A stretch of DNA of 64,000 nt from Promethearchaeota archaeon. GTDB lineage: Archaea; Asgardarchaeota; Lokiarchaeia; Sigyniarchaeales; SOKP01. The notes below the pieces were generated by a model, which was given only the letters and a program-made list of their open reading frames with translations, was not told the DNA's origin and made no database searches. Of the stretch, positions 48,176 through 57,043 are shown one piece after another. The first letter of the stretch is position 1; each line of letters opens with the position of its first letter. Both the position numbers and the translations under genes were made by a program. The stretch is taken from contig JAUVNS010000007.1 in the NCBI GenBank assembly GCA_030599585.1, positions 64,001-128,000 of the forward strand. Reading direction: 5' to 3'.

Positions 48176-50050
48176 ATGAGTGAAAATTTATTTGGTTATA
48201 ATGGAAAAATTGCTTATGTGAATTTAACAGACCAAACTGTCGATGTTAAAGATCTGGATGCTCAAGTTGCAAAGCAATATCTTGGTGGTACGGGACTAAG
48301 CGCTAAAATAACTTACGACCTTCTATCAAAAAATGATTACGACACCTTGAAAAAAGACGCTTTTTCAGATATTAATCCATTAATATTTGCGACGGGTCCT
48401 GTTACAGGAACAATAAGGCCGTCCTCCGGAAGGTACACCGTAACAGCGATATCACCCCTTACAGGGATATGGGGTGAAGGCTCTTCTGGGGGATTTTTTT
48501 GTATTCCTTTACATAATAGTGGCTTCGATGCTATAGTTATTGTTGGGAAAGCAAAAAGTCCTATCTATCTATATGTCCACGATGAAACCATTGAATTCAA
48601 AGGTGGAGATGTTGTTTGGGGTAAAGACACGTACGAAACCCAATTAATATTGAAAAAAGAGCTAAACAACGAAAAGATTCGGGTTGCCACTATCGGTATT
48701 GCCGGTGAAAATTTAGTGAAATACGCTGGAATAATTAATGACGAAGGTCGAGCTATAGGGAGATGTGGTTTAGGTGCTGTAATGGGTTCAAAAAACTTAA
48801 AAGCAATTGCAGTTCACGGAACTAAAAAAATCCAAATCGCAGATAATAAAATAGGCAAAGAATTGTTAAAAGAAGCAGAAGATGCAAAGAGAGGAGACCT
48901 CCTTAAATCAATAACGCCTTTTTTATTCACTTTATATGGTACAAACTGCTATTTAGATATAGGTATGGCTCTCGGTGACACACCAGCACATTATTTTACT
49001 AGGAACGAATTTTTCGCTGAAAAATTAACGGGGAAAACATTACGAGAAGAATATCCTATTTTGGACTACGGTTGCGCGGGCTGTACTATGAGATGTGGTA
49101 AAACAACAATTATAGAACACGAGGGCAAAGAAATCGAAGTAGATGGGCCAGAATACGAGTCTGTTGCGGCATTTGGACCTTTATGTGGCGTTAATGATTC
49201 CAAAGAAGTAATTCTCTCGCATCATATGTGTAACATATATGGTTTTGACACTATTTCTGGAGGCGTATCTATCGCATTTTTGATTTACTTAGTTGAAAAC
49301 AATTTAGGGATTGAAAAAATTAAGTCGTATCTAAAAGATATTGAAATCGGAGAAATAAAGTGGGGAAATGGAAATTTACTTTTAAAACTAATTGATAAAA
49401 TTGCGAAAAAAGAAGGCATAGGAAACGTACTTTCTGAGGGTGTACGCACCATGGCAAAAGAATTTGAAGTCGATCCTGAATTAGCAGCGCATGTAAAAGG
49501 TTTAGAAATGCCAATGCACGATCCAAGAGCTTTTGCTGGACAAGCTTTAAGTTATATTACTTGTTACGTGGGAGCGAGTCACGAAAAATGCGATTGGTTT
49601 AGCGCTGAAATGGGAAATGTTGCATACCCGAAAATACGAATAAAATCTGGTGATAGAACTTCCATAAAAGGTAGAGAAAAGGGAGTTATTGCCCTACAAA
49701 ACATTAGGGCGATAGATGATTCCGCTGTAAATTGTAACTTCCTAAACCCCTCACTTGAACACATAATTAAACACATCAACGCAGCAACGGGCTTTGATTA
49801 CAGTAAAAAATCTTTATTGCTTGTTGGGGAACGAATAAATACTCTTAAAAGACTTATTATATGCAATCTAGGGATAACAAGAGAAGACGATAAATTACCG
49901 GGGCATCTTAATAAAGTATTAAAGTCTGGTAAAACAGAAGGGGTAAAGTTAGACTTAGATGGGAGCTTAAGGAAATATTATAAAATTCGTGGTTGGGATT
50001 GGGAGACTGGTCGACCAACAAAAGAGAAACTTGAAGAACTAAATATTTAA
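48176..50050 (+). CDS. aor: Tungsten-dependent aldehyde:ferredoxin oxidoreductase family protein (second copy)
   Basis: ISPLTG, GRCGLGAVMGSKNLKAI, GPEYE, KGLEMPMHDPR and YYKIRGWD..TGRPT. Confidence 0.92.
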   Translation: MSENLFGYNGKIAYVNLTDQTVDVKDLDAQVAKQYLGGTGLSAKITYDLLSKNDYDTLKKDAFSDINPLIFATGPVTGTIRPSSGRYTVTAISPLTGIWGEGSSGGFFCIPLHNSGFDAIVIVGKAKSPIYLYVHDETIEFKGGDVVWGKDTYETQLILKKELNNEKIRVATIGIAGENLVKYAGIINDEGRAIGRCGLGAVMGSKNLKAIAVHGTKKIQIADNKIGKELLKEAEDAKRGDLLKSITPFLFTLYGTNCYLDIGMALGDTPAHYFTRNEFFAEKLTGKTLREEYPILDYGCAGCTMRCGKTTIIEHEGKEIEVDGPEYESVAAFGPLCGVNDSKEVILSHHMCNIYGFDTISGGVSIAFLIYLVENNLGIEKIKSYLKDIEIGEIKWGNGNLLLKLIDKIAKKEGIGNVLSEGVRTMAKEFEVDPELAAHVKGLEMPMHDPRAFAGQALSYITCYVGASHEKCDWFSAEMGNVAYPKIRIKSGDRTSIKGREKGVIALQNIRAIDDSAVNCNFLNPSLEHIIKHINAATGFDYSKKSLLLVGERINTLKRLIICNLGITREDDKLPGHLNKVLKSGKTEGVKLDLDGSLRKYYKIRGWDWETGRPTKEKLEELNI

Positions 50051-50090
50051 TTAGCTTTTATTTTTTTTTATTTAGCATATAATTTAATTT

Positions 50091-51194
50091 TCATTCAATA
50101 GAACAAATTAATTCTTCTTTGTATCCGATAATTACTTTAGTAAGTCCTTTTAACAAATTATCAATTTCATCATCGCCCGTATCAACTCTCAAGCATTTTA
50201 GACTCTTTATTTTATCTTCAGTTCCTATGATTAGAATATTATTTTTTTCTACTCTTCTTAAAATTTTCGGTGTAAACTGTTTGTTGCCTCTTCCAAATAC
50301 GAATCCCTGTCCTCCTATAGGTGTTACAATGATTTTAACTTTCTGATATTTACTTAGCAATTCAACTATCCCGCTTTCATTTAAATCTTCACCAACTAGT
50401 GCTTTATTATAAATAGCGTCAACACCAAGTAAGGTTTTATCTAGATTTAACTGGTCCGTAATCGATTTAACAGTCGTGCCGGGTCCTAATAAATATAGTG
50501 TTCCTTCTTCCATAGTTTCATTTATCTGCTGAGCTATCTCGTACTTGTTTTCATCAATAGTCCTTCCAACCTTGGAGCTATCTTTAGCGTTCTGGGTAAG
50601 GTTCTGAAATTTTGGAACTTTTAAATAACCATATAATTTAGAAACTAATCGATTATCTCTAAACGCATCTTCGTCGATATCCAGAACTTCTTTTTCTTGC
50701 GTATCTACCGTTTCTTCTATAAATTTATCTACAATTTGAGCAGCTGCTTTTGGATTTAGCGCAAATACGGAGCTGAACATTTTCACTCCGGATGGAATTG
50801 CAACCACAGGTATTTTTAATTCAATTGCATCAAATATATCTCTAGCCGTTCCATCACCCCCACAAAAGATAAGCAATTCAACTTGTTCTTCCAACATGAG
50901 TTTTGCAATTCTTTTTGTATCCTCTGCCGTCGTCTGTTGTTGGATATGACCAATGACTTCATATCTAAAACCTTTACCACTTACTAACTCTTCTCCCATT
51001 TTTCCGGGTGCAACCAATAAAAAAATTTCATCTCTCGATTCGATATGACTTAAAAATGCCTCTATTCTATTAGCAACGACTGGTAATGCTCCTAATCTAA
51101 GAGCCTCTTTAAATACCTCTCCATCTGTTCCTTTTAGCCCTACACTACCGCCCATTCCTGCGATTGGATTTGCTATAAGTCCAATTCTTTTCAT
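50091..51194 (-). CDS. ATP-NAD kinase family protein
   Basis: NPIAGMGGSVGLKGTDG, GGDGTARD, IPSGVKMFS and GGQGFVFGRGN.Q. Confidence 0.85.
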   Translation of the reverse strand: MKRIGLIANPIAGMGGSVGLKGTDGEVFKEALRLGALPVVANRIEAFLSHIESRDEIFLLVAPGKMGEELVSGKGFRYEVIGHIQQQTTAEDTKRIAKLMLEEQVELLIFCGGDGTARDIFDAIELKIPVVAIPSGVKMFSSVFALNPKAAAQIVDKFIEETVDTQEKEVLDIDEDAFRDNRLVSKLYGYLKVPKFQNLTQNAKDSSKVGRTIDENKYEIAQQINETMEEGTLYLLGPGTTVKSITDQLNLDKTLLGVDAIYNKALVGEDLNESGIVELLSKYQKVKIIVTPIGGQGFVFGRGNKQFTPKILRRVEKNNILIIGTEDKIKSLKCLRVDTGDDEIDNLLKGLTKVIIGYKEELICSIE

Positions 51195-51409
51195 ATTGAT
51201 ATTTTCTCTTTAAATTTGGTGTGGTTTTTTCTATTATGATTTGAATTTAGAATTTTATTTCCAATTTCAAACAATATAACTTAGCATTAATTATTTTTAT
51301 AATTTTGAAAAAAATAATGAGAAGATTTATTCTTTGTAAAAACTTCATCAAAGAATTTGGGGGGAATTTAATAAAATGATTTTTCTATATTTAATCTTTA
51401 ATTTGTGAG

Positions 51410-51601
51410 TTAACTTTTCAGTTTATCATAGCAGTTTTGGCAGAAAAATATTTTTCGCCCTTTTGAAATATCCTTTACCATATAACCTTTCTTATGCGCA
51501 GTCTCACAACCCCAGCACAGCTTAGTAATATGGGTATCAACGACATGATATTCTTTTACATCAAATTTATCTCCTTTTATGAATTCCTTATAACTTAGCA
51601 A
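51410..51601 (-). CDS. Small putative zinc-finger protein
   Basis: CWGC...FCQNCY pair in 63 aa; TTG start; only plausible ORF in an AT-rich gap. Confidence 0.55.
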   Translation of the reverse strand: MLSYKEFIKGDKFDVKEYHVVDTHITKLCWGCETAHKKGYMVKDISKGRKIFFCQNCYDKLKS

Positions 51602-51949
51602 TATTTAGCTCAACTTTAGTTTTTATAATATCGAATGAGTTTTTGAATAATCATTCAATATCTTTTATTATTTGAATAGAATCATATGAGATATTTAAGT
51701 ATTATGAGTGCGTATTCAAATAGCAGTAAGAAGGTGTAGAGCTATTTCATGAATATTTTAAATAAATTATATTAATGAAAACGAAGAAACTAGATTTTTT
51801 AATTAAGAGTTTTAGGTTTTTTTAACATATCAGATAAGGTTTAGTAGAAAGCAGCTAAATTAATTGTAAGAATTTTATGAAGATACCTATGAATTTTTCG
51901 TTTCGATAAATTAGTTAAAAAAAAAAAGTGTTAGAATTTATTTATGGTT

Positions 51950-52573
51950 TTATTTTTCCATGTATATTTTCAAGTAGGATACTCCACCGAATACATATGG
52001 GATTCCAGCATAAGCCCACCCTCCGTCCTCCCAAACTCCTCCATACTCACCATCAGGTGTTAGATACTCACCAGTAGGACTTACCAGCATAGCAATGGTT
52101 ACCGGGATAAATTTACCTCCTGTATTGGGCAAGGTTATAGATTGACCTCGATATTCAAAATTTTCGATAATTGTATCTGTAGTTTTAACCATTCCTTCGC
52201 CCATGACAAGCCAAATGTTAGTCCATATGATGTTCCGCACAGGGCAGTAGTGATATGGAATTACCTGAACAGCCCCATCTTTGAGCATTCCCTTTATTGT
52301 ATAAACTTTATCACCTGATTCATCATAGATTTGTGTTTGGAAATTAAAATGTCCGGAAGATTCACCGCTGACTTTATCGAACTCAATTGCTCCTACGATA
52401 GAAGTTTTAGCTCCAGGAACATCTATGTCATCGCCCTTAGATAGAATAAAGATGTTACTAGAATCAGTAGCTTTTACAGATGTAGCAAATGATATGATAG
52501 TTGTAAGAAACAATGACATTACTAGTACCAAAATCACTTTCGGAAATAATTTTGCTCTATTAATTTTGCTCAA
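51950..52573 (-). CDS. Secreted protein of unknown family (paralog of 61467..62174)
   Basis: Signal peptide ending in VKA; shares KGDD.D..GA..SI.G, IYDESG.KVY..KG.LKDG, VMGEG.VKTTD and ITLPNTGGK with the paralog. Confidence 0.8.
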   Translation of the reverse strand: MSKINRAKLFPKVILVLVMSLFLTTIISFATSVKATDSSNIFILSKGDDIDVPGAKTSIVGAIEFDKVSGESSGHFNFQTQIYDESGDKVYTIKGMLKDGAVQVIPYHYCPVRNIIWTNIWLVMGEGMVKTTDTIIENFEYRGQSITLPNTGGKFIPVTIAMLVSPTGEYLTPDGEYGGVWEDGGWAYAGIPYVFGGVSYLKIYMEK

Positions 52574-52915
52574 CTCTTATTTTTGGTTGATTTCTTTTTA
52601 AAAAGATTCCAACCCTCTATTTAATTCTCTCTCAATTACTAAAATCACAGATTTTTAGTAAATTTGTTAATTTTAATTCAAATTGAGTTATCAAATTATG
52701 TGGGACGGTTCATATTTAAATATTACTATTAATTTAAATATCTAAAATTATGATGTAAATCTATATTTGATAACATGTAACCCATTTATTCGAATGTAGA
52801 TAGACCGTTTTATTTAAATTAAACTTAAATATATGACATGCTTATTTATAAATGGAAAAAGAGATATTCGATATTTCCATAATTATTTTATAGAATTTTA
52901 TGAGCTGTAAATGGG

Positions 52916-53719
52916 TTGTCTGAAAAAAAATATCGCGAAACTATTGCAGAAAAGATAGAAGTGGATGAAAACAAACAGTTTGTTATAAATCTACCTAATG
53001 GAGAACAAATATATGTTGAGTTAAACGACAAAGAGATTGATACCGTAGAAAATTGGTTTTCTTTATTTGGTAAACATAATTTAAGATTCGACATTTGGAA
53101 TATTTTACAAATATTTGAGGAAGCTAATGTAACTCAAATTAGCAGCATGGTAGAACAAAGTAAATCGACCGTGGCCAGACATCTCAATCTGATGGAAAGC
53201 GATGGTCTTATTTTATCAAGGAAATCTGATAAAACTCAACAAGGAAAAATACCTCCAAAACTATTTAGAGTAAACAGTAAGTTAGTTCAAGTAGTCGAGA
53301 ATAGCCCCGTAAATAAACCACCCCCCGACGATCCTTTAGAATTAATTGAATTCTATAAAAAAGAAATTCAAACCTATCGAGCATCTATTTATAGGTATAG
53401 ACTTTTACTTGATTCACTTGTTCCGTTGTTAGACGATTTAGAAGATCACCTTGATGATGTTGATGCCGCTAAAGATATTTATGAAAAATATTTCAATTTT
53501 ACTAGATTAACACCTTGGTTTGGTTTTTGCCACTTTAGCGATAAATATTATGAGCAATTCATGGATGCATATACTGAACATACACAAAAGCGTTTACAAT
53601 TATTATCAGTTCAAAATAATGATCCTGAGGTTAAAGAAAGAGAATATACTTATATCACCGCAATTTTGCCATTGAAAGCCCTAATTGAAATTTATCGGCG
53701 AAAATTGAAAGAAGAATAA
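52916..53719 (+). CDS. ArsR-like winged-helix transcription regulator
   Basis: LRFDIWNIL...NVTQIS..VEQSKSTVARHLNLMESDGLI. Confidence 0.8.
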   Translation: MSEKKYRETIAEKIEVDENKQFVINLPNGEQIYVELNDKEIDTVENWFSLFGKHNLRFDIWNILQIFEEANVTQISSMVEQSKSTVARHLNLMESDGLILSRKSDKTQQGKIPPKLFRVNSKLVQVVENSPVNKPPPDDPLELIEFYKKEIQTYRASIYRYRLLLDSLVPLLDDLEDHLDDVDAAKDIYEKYFNFTRLTPWFGFCHFSDKYYEQFMDAYTEHTQKRLQLLSVQNNDPEVKEREYTYITAILPLKALIEIYRRKLKEE

Positions 53720-53847
53720 TCACTGTTTTGTCTAAATTGAGTGTCGTCATTTAAAAAAAAAAATAAAATAAAATAACTTATGTTAATTTAAAAAATAAAA
53801 AAAAATTATACTAAATACAATAAATCAAATTAGGTTAAAGATTAAAA

Positions 53848-54321
53848 ATGGCTCAAAATTTTAAATTTAATTTAGGGAATTTAAAAATAGATCAAATGAG
53901 TTTTGTTTACAAGGACATTAAAAAACAGGCAAAAAAAATGGAGCAGATATATAGTATTCCTACTTTCGCCCAGATGGAAAATATTACTCATCAAGAAGCT
54001 ACCTATCGCGGGAAAGAAGTAACAATCATAATAGATTATGCGTTTAGTCGTCTACTTAACATACAAATTGAACTTCAGCAGTGGAAAAGTGGAGATTCTC
54101 TTTTTAAAGAATTCATAGATCAAGGAAAAGAAGGACTTCATAGTATAGGTGTATATGTAGAGGATCTAGATGCATATATTGATGAATTCAAGAAAAGAGG
54201 GATTGAAGTATTACAAACTGGTCAAATTGGTAAACAAAAATTTGTTTATTTAGACACCAAACAAACTTTTGGTGTTTTATTAGAAATATCAACAACAGTG
54301 AAGCGACGAAGAAAAAAATAA
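53848..54321 (+). CDS. VOC/glyoxalase family protein (methylmalonyl-CoA epimerase-like)
   Basis: IELQQ...S.FKEFI..G.EGLHSIG, FVYLDT...FGV.LE. Confidence 0.85.
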   Translation: MAQNFKFNLGNLKIDQMSFVYKDIKKQAKKMEQIYSIPTFAQMENITHQEATYRGKEVTIIIDYAFSRLLNIQIELQQWKSGDSLFKEFIDQGKEGLHSIGVYVEDLDAYIDEFKKRGIEVLQTGQIGKQKFVYLDTKQTFGVLLEISTTVKRRRKK

Positions 54322-54402
54322 AGTGTCTGTCAAACCTTAATCAATAATTTTGATGTTTTTTTCTTAGTTATCCTTTTTAAATTTAAAAAAAAGAAATGGA
54401 AA

Positions 54403-55257
54403 CTAAATTTTTCTTCCTGTTTTTCGCCTTGCTCTTTTATAAAGTCTATCTAATACACCACGCATATCATCTGGGTTCGCTCTCATATCTTTTATTTGAA
54501 TAGCGGCTTCACCTGGTAAAATTTCAAAACTTCCTTCTAAAATACTTTGAATAAATTCATTAGCTACTTCCTCTGCCGTCATAAGTGTACCTGAATCTGA
54601 AATTATTTTGCATTCTTGTGGCTTAATCCTATTTTCTTCAGCAAAACCGGGAGTTTCAGTATCTACAGGAAAAAGGATTGAGACTTTGATATTATAGGGT
54701 AATAATTCGTGTCGTAATACTTCTGCTAAGCCAAAAATAGCATATTTACTTGGACAATAAGTTGTAAAGCCCATAATTGCCATAAATCCCATAACTGAAG
54801 AAGTAAATGTAATATATCCTTGTTTACACTCTAAAAAATAGGGTAATACAATAAGAGTAGGAACTAACTGACCATAATAATTTATATCCATGTTTCTTTT
54901 AAAGTCTTCAAGAGCCAATTGTTCAAGATATTGCGCATAAGCATAACCTACGAAATTAAATAGATAATCTGGAACTTTATGTTTATTAATAACATCTGTT
55001 ATAAGTGGTTTTAATTTATCCATATCTGTAGTATCGCAGGAAATAATCTCTACAAATTGTGATGCGTCTGATTTTAACTTATAACATTCCTCTTGAGTTT
55101 TATTTAATGCATCAATTCCTCTCGCTATAATACAGATACTCCCTCCTAATTGAATAAATAACTTTGCTGTAGCTTTCCCCATCCCTTTGGAACCACCGGG
55201 AATTATCGCGAACTTTCCTTTAAAGGGTTGTTGAGCTATTAATTCTTCATTCACCAT
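54403..55257 (-). CDS. SDR oxidoreductase, 3-ketodihydrosphingosine reductase (KDSR/Tsc10)-like
   Basis: GGSKGMG, MDINYYG, catalytic YCPSK and the KDSR-type FPVDTETPGFAEENRIKP.E..IIS segment. Confidence 0.75.
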   Translation of the reverse strand: MVNEELIAQQPFKGKFAIIPGGSKGMGKATAKLFIQLGGSICIIARGIDALNKTQEECYKLKSDASQFVEIISCDTTDMDKLKPLITDVINKHKVPDYLFNFVGYAYAQYLEQLALEDFKRNMDINYYGQLVPTLIVLPYFLECKQGYITFTSSVMGFMAIMGFTTYCPSKYAIFGLAEVLRHELLPYNIKVSILFPVDTETPGFAEENRIKPQECKIISDSGTLMTAEEVANEFIQSILEGSFEILPGEAAIQIKDMRANPDDMRGVLDRLYKRARRKTGRKI

Positions 55258-55368
55258 TTTAAATCAATTATATTTATATTCATTTCAATTTAAAACTTAA
55301 TATTTAAGCTTTAAAGATGGTTCTTGATTCTTATGAAGTTAAAATAAAAAAAAAGAATAATCAATCTT

Positions 55369-56190
55369 TTAGTATTCAACCTCTTTTAGCTTATGAGGTG
55401 GGACACCAACATCAGCAGTTCCGCCGTCAATAGGAAAACAATGACCTGTAATATAATTTGAAGCAGGTGATGCTAAAAATACAACTACATTTACTACATC
55501 TTCAACCGTTCCAATTCTGACTTGAGGAATTTTAACTTTACCATCTCTCATCGTGACTCTCATCGCTTCCTCGTCGTCTAAATATACACCCGTGACGTGA
55601 AATCCCGGAGCTATTGAATTTACGGTAATATTTGGAGCTAAACTTTTTGCTAATAGTTGAGTTAATGCTATAATCCCCGCTTTTGTAATGCTGTATGCTG
55701 GAATCATGGGATCGACAACCATTCCAGCTGTAGAAGCTGTATTTATCATCCTACCCGCTAATTCTTCTCCTTCAAATTTTTGAGCTTTCATTTTTCTCCA
55801 TAGTGATTTGGCGACCAGCCACTGACCTTTGAGATTCACGTCCATAATCCTGTCCCAATCATCTTCTTTTACTCTACAGATATTTCTCCCGTAACTCACT
55901 CCAATTCCAGCGTTATTGAATAGGACAAACACATTTTCTAATTCTTTAAACGCTTGTTTTGCCATCGCTTCAACTTGATCGGATTTTGAAACATCACAAA
56001 TAAGAGGTATGACGGTTCTTCCAGTTTTTTTTCTTATTTTTTCAGCAGTATCTTCAAGTAGCTGTTGATTTATGTCGACTAATACCAAGTTTGCACCTTG
56101 TTCTGCGAAAGCATAAGCCACTCCTCTCCCAAATCCGCTAGCCCCTCCGGTGATTAGAGCCCCCTTTCCTTCTAGAAACTTTTCAACCAT
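55369..56190 (-). CDS. Classical SDR oxidoreductase (FabG-like)
   Basis: TGGASGFG, NNAGIG, YSITK, VNSIAPG and YITG....IDGG. Confidence 0.9.
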   Translation of the reverse strand: MVEKFLEGKGALITGGASGFGRGVAYAFAEQGANLVLVDINQQLLEDTAEKIRKKTGRTVIPLICDVSKSDQVEAMAKQAFKELENVFVLFNNAGIGVSYGRNICRVKEDDWDRIMDVNLKGQWLVAKSLWRKMKAQKFEGEELAGRMINTASTAGMVVDPMIPAYSITKAGIIALTQLLAKSLAPNITVNSIAPGFHVTGVYLDDEEAMRVTMRDGKVKIPQVRIGTVEDVVNVVVFLASPASNYITGHCFPIDGGTADVGVPPHKLKEVEY

Positions 56191-56328
56191 ATTATTTCAT
56201 TTTTTTATTTTATTTTATATGTTTTATTTTGTCTTTCTTTCCTTTATATTTTTAATTCTAGGAATAGTTACAAAAAGAAGATAAATAGGACAATCAAAAT
56301 TATTAATTTCTATAAAATAGATGTATAC

Positions 56329-56390
56329 ATAGAAACCCGAGCAGGGTAGTCCTCAAACGTCTAGATTTTATACGCTTGAATCATTCAATT
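56329..56390 (-). ncRNA. Eukaryote-like SECIS element 3 (3' UTR of the UxxU Prx-like gene)
   Basis: Minus strand reads aauuga-AUGA-U-UCAAGCGU-auaaaaucuag-ACGUUUGA-G-GA-cu-ACCC-ugcuc-GGGU-uucuau. Helix II is a full 8 bp; helix I is weak. Confidence 0.88.
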
Positions 56391-56403
56391 TTTATTTTTG
56401 AAA

Positions 56404-56910
56404 TTAATTTGGTAAATGAGTATCAATCGCATTTAGAATATCTTCAATTTTTGGTCTATCTGTTTTAGTACCGATATACCGCCACACGATTTTACCATTT
56501 GGATCTATTAAGTAAGTTGAAGGGATTGCGAGCTCGCTTTTAATTATATCGTAATCTATTGGAATTCCAAAGACATTATAATCTTTTGAAATCTTTGCTT
56601 GTTCGTCTGCTATAATTGAGAACTTATAGTTTTCCTTATCGGCAAGCTTTTTTAAAGGTCTTACTCTATCCGTTCCGATCGATACAAATTTTACATTTCT
56701 CATTTCAATGTCAGAAATATTACTATTTAGTTTTTTTAGTTGTTTCTTTCAATAGTGTCACCAAGCACCTCGGAAAAAATCGATTAATAATCCACGATAT
56801 TCTTGAAGAATGTCTGTTAAATTAATTTTTTCTCCATGAATATCAACACTATCAATCATTGGTGCCTTGCTTCCTGTCTTTAAACCTTTTTCAGAATTTG
56901 AGACAGTCAT
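56404..56910 (-). CDS. Peroxiredoxin-like (AhpC/TSA) selenoprotein with UxxU motif, 168 aa
   Basis: From ATG 56910: MTVSNSEKGLKTGSKAPMIDSVDIHG...LIDFFRGAW-U-HY-U-KKQL. TGA at 56758-56760 and 56749-56751 are in frame with track ORF 56404..56703. TAA stop, SECIS downstream. Confidence 0.92.
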
Positions 56911-57043
56911 TATACCGTAAAGAAAAATGCTTTGAATTTAAAAAAAATTCTGATGAATTATAAAACTTGCCCAATAAGAAGAAAAACTAGAGGCAAATAT
57001 TTATTTATATAGCTCATTTTAAGATTTATTATAGACAATTCAA

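Noticed and set aside
11997-56910. Genome-wide reassignment of UGA (to Trp, Gly or Cys) as the explanation for the in-frame TGAs
   Set aside because: Other complete genes end normally at TGA (e.g. 3915, 27587, 33130, 60338). TGG and TGY codons are in normal use, and in-frame TGAs occur only at redox Cys sites of genes followed by a SECIS.
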